This document shows positions 40,640-52,000 of a stretch of 64,000 bases of DNA, one piece after another. Within the stretch, counting starts at the first letter, position 1; each line of letters opens with the position of its first letter. The position numbers and the translations under genes were made by a program. The notes below the pieces were generated by a model. The model searched no databases, was not told the DNA's origin, and saw only the letters and a program-made list of their open reading frames with translations. The DNA is taken from assembly GCF_006345805.1 (NCBI RefSeq), contig NC_043005.1:24118001-24182000 (forward strand). The letters run 5' to 3'. The stretch is from Octopus sinensis. Lineage: Eukaryota.

Positions 40640-41270
40640 GCAGTAGATCTATGCTTGTTCGAGAGGTCTGTGCATGCGTGCGCGCATATGTTAGAGCATG
40701 ATGTGTGTGTGTGCGTGACCATATATTGCGCGAAAGTTGTATGTGTTAATGCGTGTTGTGTTTGTGTGTATATTGCCTGTGTACAGTTGTGTTGTGTGCA
40801 TGTGTATTGTGTGATTTTAGGAGTGAATATTGTGTGTTGTGGGGGAATGCATGGCAGTGCGAGGTGGGATAGAGATGACAAGAATTATGGTTTGGGGGTA
40901 TTGGGTGCTAGCGTGTGTGGGAACGGCGTGTGTAAGTGCATGGTCGTACGAGTGTCTGTGTGTGTGCGTAATGGTGTGAGGTGTGAACACTGAGCTGAAC
41001 GGTGTGTATGGGTGCTTGTGTAATGCTGTGTGCAGTGAGGGTGCTGAGTTAGACAGTGTACAGGTGTGGGGTTGGTTTTTAGAGGATGTCTAGACAGGAT
41101 GTCAAGCGCTGAGGGAACAAACACAAGCACAACCAAAAGCGCACGCGCAGACACAAATTCCTTATGGCGAATTAAGGCCATAAAGAGCAAAAGATTGAGG
41201 AAATAAGATTAATTCCTGTTAACAACGGCGGCGAGAGTCAGGGTGGCCCCTGTGCAAATACAGTCCGAAT
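40640..41270 (-). mobile_element. Second, more decayed PLE 3' fragment related to 43560-44860
   Basis: FGLYLHRGHPDSRRR..QELIL...YGLN at 41165-41270, followed by a similar CA-rich tail. Confidence 0.7.
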
Positions 41271-41280
41271 ATATATACAT

Positions 41281-41329
<49 letters not shown>

Positions 41330-41696
41330 AATGAGGTAATCAGATCGGATGGTTCATATTTGTAGATGTTTATTTATATATTACATTTTTTTCATATATA
41401 TCATATCATTCAGATTAGCGCTTTCTCCCAATCTAGTGGGGTTTTCAAATCAAATCAATTGTGGGGAATTTGAACATTTTATAGTTTCGTAGTAGTGCGG
41501 AGGAATAAGACAGTATAAGAGGGTGAGGAGGAAGTGAGACAGAGAAAACATGTGTGTATGTGTATGTGTGTGTGTGTGTATATGTGTGTGTGTATGTGTG
41601 TGTGTGTGTGGCGCGCGTTTATATCTGAGAGGGAAGAAGTGATATTTCCGTTGGCCTACTGGACCTCCTGTGGTTTTATAAGAATTTTGGCTCTGT

Positions 41697-41733
<37 letters not shown>

Positions 41734-42605
41734 TGTCTGTGTGTGTCTGTTTACATATATGTATACAAATTTATATATACAAACATATATAAATATATAT
41801 ACATATATATACATATATGTGAGTGTGAGTGTATCTGTGGTTTTGTATTTGCGTGTGCGCATTTGGTTGTATGTTTGTTCCCTCAACACTTGACATGCTG
41901 CTTTGGTTCGTTACCGTCCCTGTTATTTATCTCTTCGGCAAAAAAATCCGATAGTATAAGTACCAGACTTTAAAAAATAAATGATACTGTGATCGATTTG
42001 TTCGACCAAAAGACTTCAAAGCAGTGATCCAGCATGGCCGCAGTACAATGATGCAAATATATAATAGACAATGAAAGAGAAGATGCCCCGTTAGCAGAAA
42101 ACAATAACAATGTATAAACATTGCAATAACAAATTTTGCACATTATTTTATAAGAATTTCAATGCTTGTTCCCTGGTTCTACCTAATTCCGTTTGATATT
42201 AGAAAACAGATGCTGACGGTATTCCCAAATCATGAATAATGAAACGGATTTCAAATATTTGTACAAAGCCACACATTCTGGATCGGTGCTTGAAGGACTA
42301 AAGACCAAATCGATCCCAGCGCGATTTAAGGGTATATAATAAAGGAATGTAACAATATCTTATAAAAAAATAAAAAGAATCTTGTTTTTTTTTTATTGGC
42401 CATAAGGACAATATGAAGACAATATGGCAGTGCAGCACAGAACAAGATAAACAGTTAAGTATAGAAGTCATTTGTCAAAAAGAATTCTCTATAGATATTT
42501 ACACATATTCATAAACATACGCACACACATACCTTTGTAAATAGGTAGATAGACAGATAGATATAATGTATATTGCATATAGCTATATGTATATATGTAT
42601 GTATG

Positions 42606-42646
<41 letters not shown>

Positions 42647-42910
42647 TGTGAAATAGAAAGATGAATAATCTTGTAGTAGATTAATCAAAAGTTTAACCGA
42701 TACCTTAGTAGCAAAAATCACAGCAGTGAACAGCACGGTTGGAGGTACAACCATCTGGCGTTGCAACCGTGCGTTGGTGCGGATAATTGAAATTAAAACA
42801 TTATTGGTGAATTGAAGAAATGGAGCTGAACGCAGATTGAACAGAAATCGTTTTATTTCATTCTACACGTGTTTCGAAAGGCACAAATTACCAAAATCCG
42901 ATTGAATAAT

Positions 42911-42966
<56 letters not shown>

Positions 42967-42967
42967 A

Positions 42968-43028
<61 letters not shown>

Positions 43029-43411
43029 TATACGTGCATACACACCTCTACAAACAGAAGAGAGGAAAGAAGGGGGAGTGTATGGAGAATGAGAGAAAGA
43101 ATATTTGTGCTTATGTGTAATAGCATATGATGCACATTATACACCCTAGAAATGTGTAAAATCTGCTACAATTCTGACGCAGGTGACAAAAATGATTAAT
43201 GCCTGCATTTCAAAGGGCTAGCCTTATCACATTCTTCTTCATGTTGAATCTTCTTTAGAACTACATTAAGGGGATGCGTGTCTGGGGAGTGCTCAATTAC
43301 TTGCACGCAAATTTAACGACCAAGATGTTCCATTGATCAGATCAACTGGAACCCTCGTCGTTGTAACTGACAGGATGCCAGTTATATACACACCACACAC
43401 ATACACACACC

Positions 43412-43443
<32 letters not shown>

Positions 43444-43465
43444 CACACACACACACACACCACAC

Positions 43466-43503
<38 letters not shown>

Positions 43504-43559
43504 TATATATATATATATATAACGAACGGGAAGCTTTACGAAAATAAACAAAAGACGAA

Positions 43560-44860
43560 GGCAGGTGGAGTAAAACAAACAATTGTATTAGTATGGCGCT
43601 CAGGAATAGAAATGAAACAAGCCTTTTACGTTTCGAGCCTACGCTCTTCAACAGAAAGATACACAGAAATGAAACACGGAGAGAAACATGGAGAGAAAAA
43701 AAATGCGTGCAGGAGCTAACGAATCAACATGGCGGTCTGATTTCGGCCACAAGTCAGAGATCAGACGTCAGACGCAAGAGGGATAGTAGGGGAGATAACA
43801 AGGTCAAATGACCTCGCCCCAACATAATGGTGTGTGTGTGTATGAGACAGTATGTATGTGCGTATGAAAGGTCTGGACGTGTGTATGTATGTATGATGTG
43901 ATGTGTAATGTCGTATGGTGTAGTGTAGTGTCGTATGGTGTAGTGTAGTGTGGTGGGAGGTGGGGAAAGGCCATGTGGGGTGTGGGTTCGGCTGGGGGTT
44001 GTGGTAGAGTGGGGGTGTGGGGAGAGTGAAAGGGGGAGAGAAGAGAGAGGGAGGAGTGGAGGAGGGAAGAGAGATGGGGGGAGAGGGGAGGAGGAGGTAG
44101 GAGAGATGAGATGAGGGGGTGAGGGAGGAAGAAGGAAGGAGAGGAGAGGGAAGGGGGAGAGTGAGAGGGGTTTAGAAGGAAGGAGAGGATAAGAGGAGGG
44201 GGAGGGGAAAGGAGGGGAGAGGAGGGATGAGAGGTGAGAAGGGGGAGTGAGGGAGCAGAGAGAAAGAAAGAAGGGGAAGAGAGAAGAAGAAAGAGGAAAG
44301 AAGAGGAGGGAAAGAGAGTGGGGTGAAAAGATGAAGGACTGAAGAGAAGTAGGAGTCGGGGGGTAGATGATAAGGGGGAGGTTAGATGAGAAAGGGGGAG
44401 AGTTGAGACCAAATGGTGTGAAAGAGCGAAGAGAGAAGATTAATTCCTGTTCACGGCGCAAACGGGAATCCGGATGGCCTCTGTGCAAGGACAATCCGAA
44501 CACAGACAGGTGTTGCAAGGAGTGACCGGTGGAGCGGAAATGGCGTGAGACCGGTGTGTCGTTGGCAAGGCGGATGTCACGGAGGTGTTCTGCGAACCGG
44601 TCAGCCAAGCGGCGTCCCGTTTGTCCGATGTACAGGGAATGGCAGAGAGATCAGGAGATGCAATAGATGATATTGCTGGAGGTGCAGGTAAAGGAGTTGA
44701 TGATGCGATAGGGTCGATGATGGGTGCCAGTGAGGAGGGTGGTGTTGGAGAGGTAAGGGCAAGTGCGGCAACGTGGGTGGGAGCAGGGGAACGAGCCAGG
44801 GAAGGAGCTGTGGACCAAGAGGTCTCGTAGGTTATGGGCTCGTTTGAAGGAGGGGAGAGG
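43560..44860 (-). mobile_element. Penelope-like element 3' fragment: GIY-YIG endonuclease plus CT-rich 3' region
   Basis: NLRDLLVHS...CSHPRCRTC...FTCTSSNIIYCIS*SLCHSLYIGQTGRRLADRFAEH...EQELIFSLRSFTPFGLN, with one in-frame stop at 44651-44653. An HHR lies downstream on the same strand. Confidence 0.9.
43623..43658 (-). ncRNA. Very small hammerhead motif with variant core CUGUUGA
   Basis: CTTT-CTGTTGA-A-GAGC(GTAG)GCTC-GAAA-CG-TA-AAAG. Further copies at 60763-60796 and about 31135-31169. Confidence 0.7.
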
Positions 44861-45351
44861 TTGTTGAAGATGATGATGAACAGTCGTATAGTTTGAACTA
44901 AGCGTTATTGCCAATTCTTCTGGATTTTCTTCCACTAATGCCTCAAGGAGCTCATCATCAAACTCAACTGGACGTCCTGTGCTATCTTCATCTTCAAGGT
45001 TGAAAATCCACTTCTGAATTTTGCAAACCATCTTCTGGAAGTTCTTTCATTCAAGCATTCTTTCCCATAAACTGAGTGTATATTTCAGGTAGCTTCGGCT
45101 GCAGAATTTCCTTTTTTGTACTCATAAAGCATTATGTGCTTTAAATGCTCTTTGGATACTTCCATATTAGAAAGAGTTTTAATCAAAGAAATTTGAATTT
45201 TATTATTCTGTAAAATAATGTTTAATTAGTTTAAATGTACATAAATGCATAAAAATAATCTTTACTTCCATTAGATATTCTAAAATACTATTAAATTTCA
45301 TTCAATTTAAAAAAAGGTAAAATCGGACAGAACCTATGGGATGACCTGATA
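44860..45351 (-). mobile_element. Mariner transposon 5' fragment (TIR plus HTH region)
   Basis: TIR TATCAGGTCATCCCATAGGTTCTGTCCG at about 45324-45351. MEVSKEHLKHIMLYEYKKGNSAAEAT*...RWFAKFRSG, then a frameshift, then LEDEDSTGRPVEFDDELLEALVEENP. Confidence 0.85.
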
Positions 45352-45778
45352 TATATAATCATATGTGTGAGTGTGTGTGTATGCGTGTATATATGAATAT
45401 ATATATATATTTCTATAGGTAAGCATACGTGCCTACGAATATATGCTCTCTCATGTAGATATATAAAACACTTGATTTATGTTCTTTCGGATAAAACATA
45501 AAGGACTTATGCTTAATGTCATATTTTAGATAAAATAATATTCATGTCAACAGAAATATGAGTTTTTAATGTTCTTCGTATTCGATATGAATAAATAATG
45601 TCTTTGTGGCTATATCGTGTATAAATACTCGGATATATAAAATTCACGCAATATATGGTCTTTGTAAGCCCAGTACTTATTCTATCGGTCTCTTTTGCCG
45701 AACCACTAAGTGACAGGGACGTAAACACACCAGCATCGGTTGTCAAGCAATGCTAGGGGGACAAACACAGACACACAA

Positions 45779-45815
<37 letters not shown>

Positions 45816-46108
45816 CTTATATACGACAGGCTTCCTTCAGTTTCCGTCTGCCAAATCCACTCACAAGCATTGGTCGGCCCGGGGCTATAGCAGAAGACAC
45901 TTGCCCAAGATGCCACGCAGTGGGACTGAACCCGGAACCATGTGGTTGGTTAGCAATTTTAAAATTGAATTATTTTTATATGGTCACGCACATGTGAATG
46001 TTTATTTTCGTAAAGCTTCCCGTTATATATATATATATATATATAAATATATTTAGTGAAGGGATGAAATGGAGCCGAACGAAGATTCTACAAAATTCCT
46101 TTTTATTA

Positions 46109-46192
46109 TTTTCTACACATGTTTCAGAGGCTGCAAATTCCCAAATTCGGATTGAATAAGGAGACCATTCTGCAGCTTTCTCTTCAGGAAAA
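46109..46192 (-). ncRNA. Type I hammerhead motif (inverted copy of 46773-46848)
   Basis: Minus strand TTTTC-CTGAAGA-GAAAGCTGCAG...GCAGCCTCT-GAAA-CATGTG-TA-GAAAA, with a slightly longer stem II region. Confidence 0.75.
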
Positions 46193-46772
46193 TCCAGGAA
46201 TTGTTTTAAGAATGACAGCTATGTTATTTGGGTGTGAGGAACTACCTACATGTATGTGTGTGTGTATGCGCCTATGTATGTGTGGCAGTATGTTAGGAAG
46301 CAGCTAGAGAGAAAATATATTGTATTGTAGACACTGCCGATAATATATTGTATTATCAGCCACAGAATTTTATCAGCCGCTTGACCGGCAGTGTCTACAA
46401 TACAATATATTTTCTCTCTAGCTGCTTCCTAACATACTGCCACACATACATAGGCGCATACACACACACATACATGTAGTTAGTTCCTCACACCCAAATA
46501 AGATAGCTGTCATTCTTAAAACAATTTGAACATTAACACTAGTTATACAGAATATATTCACACTCTTTGGGTTTTCTGTGATTCTTCCCCTACCTGATTT
46601 GACCGTGGTTTGACCTAGGTTTATTCCAACGGACTTTTTCGTCGGCCTTCACCCACTCTGACATCAGCGCATATTGAGAGACAGTTTTGTGCCATTCTTA
46701 CCATGGGCTCCTAGGAAGCGTTTTGTTCGAAAAGCTTGCTGCGCATTTGTTTGGAGATTTTAAATTCCTGGA

Positions 46773-46848
46773 TTTTCCTGAAGAGAAAGCTGCAGAATGG
46801 TCTCCTTATTCAATCCGAATTTGCAGCCTTTGAAACATGTGTAGAAAA
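46773..46848 (+). ncRNA. Type I hammerhead ribozyme motif with long stem II
   Basis: TTTTC-CTGAAGA-GAAAGCTGCAGA...TTTGCAGCCTTT-GAAA-CATGTG-TA-GAAAA. Stem II pairs at 11 of 12 positions counting G.U pairs; stem III is self-complementary with one G.U; AATAAA follows. Confidence 0.8.
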
Positions 46849-47199
46849 TAATAAAAAGGAATTTTGTAGAATCTTCGTTCGGCTCCATTTCATCCCTTCA
46901 CTAAATATATAAAACTTCAATTATCCGCGCTAAAGCACGGGGGCGAAACCCCATGGTCGTAACCTCAACCGTGTCTTTTCTGGTGTGATTTTTGCTACAC
47001 AGGTATCGGTTAAATTTTGAATAATCCGTAACAAGATAATTCATTTATCCATTTCATTAAATATATATAAATATATATATATATGTTCATTGTTTACCAA
47101 AAGTGCATTATTCCAAATTCCAAATTCATAGTTGTAGACAGAAATGTATTTTTAATAATAAAATAATAATAATAATAATGATAATAATAATAATAATAA

Positions 47200-47820
47200 T
47201 CTACACTGGCTAATAAGTCGGCATTACAATATCAAAACTGCCGACAAGTGGTATAATCACCACCCTGAGGCTGTAACTGAAGGAGAAAATGTAACCATTC
47301 TGTGGGACCTTCATACATACAGACAGAACCATCAAGGCCAATAAACCAGATATTGTGTGTGAAAGACCAAAACAATAAAGTTTGCTTATTGATCGACATG
47401 AGCATCCCCTGTGATCATAATATCTCAGCGAAAGAGTTTGACAAGCTCAGAAAATATAAAGACCTACTCATTGAGAAAATGTGGCATCTCAAGGCGGTTA
47501 CAATACCAGTGATCGTAGGAGCACTAGGAATGATCAAGAAGGGAACCGAAAATTATATGAGAATGATCCCTGGCTTACCATCCCTGCAAGAAGTGCAAAA
47601 GATTGTCTTAACTGGTACATCACACGTATTGAGAAGAGCATTGTCGATGTGAGAACTGTTGCTGCTCATGTATTTTAATTTAACTTAAAAAAAAAAAAAT
47701 GAACGAACTATTGAGTTTGGTTTAATGGCCTACCAATGTATACTATGAGTTTCTTTGCCCTAGGAGTCGGGAAGACACTCGGCAAGAAATGGAAGCAAAT
47801 TTGAAAGAAGAAAAAAAAAG
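47200..47820 (+). mobile_element. R4/Dong-like LINE 3' fragment
   Basis: LHWLISRHY...KWYNHHPE..TILWD, then LIDMSIP...KYKDL...IPVIVGALG...VLTGTSHVLRR; (TAA)n at both ends. Confidence 0.88.
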
Positions 47821-48109
47821 TAATAATAATAATAATAAAACATGGGTGGTTCGTTCAACATTCTTAAACAATCCTTATTCAGAGACCTTTTGATCGGGGT
47901 GGGCTACTCGACTAGAAGAAAATCTTAACTGGGCCCCACATGCAAGGTCACGCGCTGTTTATCTTGATATGAAATCTCCATGTCGCGCACATATGGTCGT
48001 GAAGCATGTGCCTGGTGTGCCCTTATCAGACGGTAGTCATGATGGGTATACTAGGCTTCGTATATTTTACCCCAGTGTCATTTTGATGGCATGCACTGCT
48101 CTCTCATTC

Positions 48110-48275
<166 letters not shown>

Positions 48276-48305
48276 TAACAACAACAACAACAACAACAAC
48301 AACAA

Positions 48306-50935
48306 CTGAAATAGCGTATCATAGCAGTAGCAGGCAAACTCTCCAGATATCAGAAATGAATATGTCAGTATCACCAGAAGAGATTATTTAAAGCAGACCA
48401 AAAAATAGTGGAGAACCAAGTGCTGAAGATGGGACGCCTAATGCAGAAGAGGCTAGAAAGTTCTGGAATAGTATTTGGGATAAGCCAATCATTCATAATG
48501 GAGATGTTGTATGGTTAAAAATGTGAGGGAAGAAGTAGTGAGTGAGAAGCAGCCAGATCTATGACTAACTTGTACATTAATGAGTGAAGTGTTAGGAAAA
48601 AAAGTAAAATTGGAAGGGCCCAAGATCAGATCTAGTTCAAGTGTACTGGTTAAAGAAATTTAGTAGTTTACATAGGAGTTTGAGGGAACAACTTCAGAAT
48701 TGCCTTAATAGAGGAATAATACCATATTGGATGACTAGAGGGAGGACAATACTTATTATGAAAGATAAGAGCAAGATTAATACAGCTAGCAATGATAGAC
48801 CAATCACTTGCTTACCATTAGTGTGGAAGCTGTTAACAGGAATGCTTTCAGAAAGAATTTACGAGCACCTTGACAACCAGAATTTATTACCAGAAGAACA
48901 GAAAGGTTGCACGAAGAAGGTGAGAAAACATATGATTTATTATATATAGACAAAGCAGTTCTAAATGAAGTAAAAGCTAGAAAGAAAAATCTGACACTAG
49001 CATGGGTAAATTATAGGAAAGCCTATAATATAATTTCGCATTCATGGATAAGTGAATATTTGATTATATTCAGTATAGCAGACAAGATAAGAGAAGTAAT
49101 CAGCTTTAGCATGAAGAAATGTGAAGTAGATATCTTTTCTCTGAGGAAAAGTTAATATCAAAAGAGGAATTTTCCAGGGGGACTCGTTGTCTCCTTAAAT
49201 ATTTGTCTTATGTTTAAGGCGGCGAGCTGGCAGAAACGTTAGCACGCCGAGTGAAATGCTTAGCGGCATTTTTCGTCACCAGTCCCAAATCTATCCAAAA
49301 AAGGTGAAATGAGTTCACAAGAATGGAGAGAAGAGCAGATGTCAACTTGAGATTCGCGGTTATTTGCGGACAATTCATTTTTATGTTTGATACCCCTCAG
49401 TTTAGTATAAAGGAAGGCAAAGGCAGAGTATAAGTTCAGAAACAGTAAGGGAAAAATTAACCATTTGTTCTACATGGATAATTTGAAGCTTTTTAATAAA
49501 AACGAAAAACTGATATATTCCTTAATACAGACTGTAAGACTCTTCGGCAAAGGTATTGGCATGGAATTTGGCATAGATAAGCGTGCAACATTTGTCGTAA
49601 GAAGGGGAGATATGGTCAGGCATTAAAATCATTGAAAGAAGGAGAGAGTTATAAGTATCTTGGAGTATTAGAATCTGGCATAGTACTAACCACAGAAATG
49701 AAAATTAAGAAGGAGTACATCAGAAGGGTGAGGAAGCAAATGAAGTCAAAGCTAAATGCTCTGAATCTAGTGAAGGCTGTAAATACTTGGAGAGTATCAT
49801 TACTTAGATATTCAGTAGCTTTTGTAGATTGGACAAAAGCTGAAGTAACAAAGAAAGATAGAAGCACTAGGAAGGAATTCAATATGAATGGAGGACTCCA
49901 CCCAAGGACAGGATTAGTAAGATTATATTTACCTAGAAAAGAAGGTGGAAGAGGTTTAATATCAGTAGAAGACTGCGTGGAGTTTGCTAGAGTAGATATA
50001 GTTTCCTATGTAGGTAATAGTGAAGGACATTTATTAAAAACTTCTAGAGTCACAGCAAGATATAGGGAAGCCAAAGCACCAAACAAATTTAAAAACCAGA
50101 AAAAAGGAGAGAAATTATCTGACTGGCAGGAGAAGGCGTTGTATGGTAGATTCCCAAAGATAGTTGTAGCAAATAGTAATAGTGAGACATGGTTAAGGTT
50201 GCAGAAAGGAAAACTGAAGTGAGAGACGAAGTTTGTTAGTAGCTGTACAAGATGAAGCATTAAGGATTAATTGGATAAAAACCAAGATAGACAAAAACCA
50301 AGTAGATTCTCAATGTAAGTCATGCACATCAAAAGAGGAAAGTGTTACTTATATAGCAAGTGAATGTAGCGCGTTGGCACAGAAAGAATACAAGAATAGA
50401 CATGACAACCTAGAGAGAGAAATCCAGTGGGAGTTATGTAGAAAGCTAGGATTTGATGATACTACTAAATGGTATGAACATGAACCTAGTAAAGTAATAG
50501 AAAGTAAGAATAACAACATGTTGCGGGACTTTAATATTCAGACTGACAGAGTAATAGAAGGTAGAAGGCCAGATTTAGTAGTAGCAGATAAAGCGAATAG
50601 AAAGCGCCAGATAATTGACTTTACAGTTTCAAATGATGAAAACAATCAATATGGGAGGTATAGAAAAAATAGCAAAGTAGCAGGACCTAGGCATTGAATT
50701 ACAGAGACTTTGAAAAGAACGGGTAAAATGTATCCCAGTAGTTATAGGTGCATTGGGAACTCTCTTTAAAGATTTGACAAGTGGATAGAGAAAATAGGCA
50801 TAAAACTCAGTTTAGTACAGCTGCAGAAAACAGTGTTATTAGGGACAGTACTTAGGAGGGTCCATGGCATCTAAGGTTACTTGTTGTAGCCCGATGTTAA
50901 GATGTCTTCTTTTCCAGCAGTCTAATATGCTGTGT
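48306..50935 (+). mobile_element. Larger decayed R4/Dong-like LINE (RT, CCHC finger, REL endonuclease)
   Basis: RPITCLP..WKLLTG, AWVNYRKAY, RGIFQGDSLSP, NHLFYMDNLKLF, GMEFGIDK, RLYLPRKEGGRGL, CKSC...EC, RHD, RPDLVV. Embedded in AAT/GAT/AAC repeats and interrupted at 49216-49388. Confidence 0.93.
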
Positions 50936-51234
50936 GAATATGAAAATAACAATAGTAATAATAATAACAGCAACAACAAAAACAACAACAACAACAACAA
51001 TCCCTTCTACTGGAAGAACAAGGCCTCAGATTTTGGGGAAAGGAATAAGTCGATTACATCGAACACAGTGTGTAACTGGAACATGTTTAATCGACCCCGA
51101 AAGGATGAAAGGCAAAGCTGACCGTGGCGGAATTTGAGCTCAGAACGTAGCTGCAAACGAAATACCGCTAAACATTTCGCCCGGCGTGCTAACAATTCTG
51201 CCAGCTTACCGCCTTAATAATGATGATGATGATG

Positions 51235-51282
<48 letters not shown>

Positions 51283-51559
51283 TAATAATAATAATAATAA
51301 TTATTATTATTATTATAATAATAATAATAATAATAAGGCCTCGAATTTGGAGGAAGGAATTAAGTCGATTGCATCGACCACAGTGCGTAACTGGTACTTA
51401 TTTAATCGACACAGAAAAGGATGAAAGGCAAAGCTGACCTCGGTGGGATTTGAGCTCAGAACGCAGCTTACTTTCAGGAATAGTGTACTGCAGAGTACAT
51501 TATGCATTATGCCCTTCATTAAGAAGATCGTTCTTGACTTGAGAGGAGTTTGAGGGCTA

Positions 51560-52000
51560 CTTCTAGTAATTCAATTGACTACGTAGCAGAATCTCTCGTT
51601 GGCTCATCTTAAGCGTTTAAGATGGTTGGGGATTCATACTAGAGGCATTTATTTACTATTTTTAGCTGCACATAGATGCTCTCTTGTCGTCTTGAAAGGA
51701 CAAAAGAAAAGTTTGTAGGGAAAACTATTAAGAATCTGAAATATTCTACTTGGGCCTTAATCTTATGACGGAGTTGTAGGAGTGCATTCATGGCATACGA
51801 CGGGTGCCTTGAAATTGAAACCTGGCGAACTTCTAATCTTCTCCTGGTATGAATACAGCCCATTTCTTCCACAGAATGAAAGGTAATAATGAAAGAAGAA
51901 TTTCCCCAGTGGACGAGTACTTTATTGATCATGAAAGAATGATATACATAGTTGATCTGATCAGATTTTGAACCATACAACAAGGAGTCACATCGGTTGC
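51560..52000 (-). mobile_element. Very degenerate RTE-like reverse transcriptase fragment
   Basis: GNSSFIITFHSV...RQVSISRHPSYAMNALLQLRHKIKAQVEY..LIVF resembles RT domains 1-3 (GNYRGISLLS, QxGFR...IFTLRQ..EK..EY). Confidence 0.5.

Larger units (their letters stand above)
46050..46912. repeat. Compound inverted duplication
   Basis: Left arm 46050-46340 is continuous. The right arm is split into 46387-46526 and 46765-46912 by about 240 bp of other sequence. Confidence 0.9.

Noticed and set aside
43754-44412. Long Pro/Ser/Leu-rich ORF extensions
   Set aside because: They are read-through into the CT-rich low-complexity PLE tail. Only the first 70 or so aa of the 284-aa ORF are GIY-YIG.
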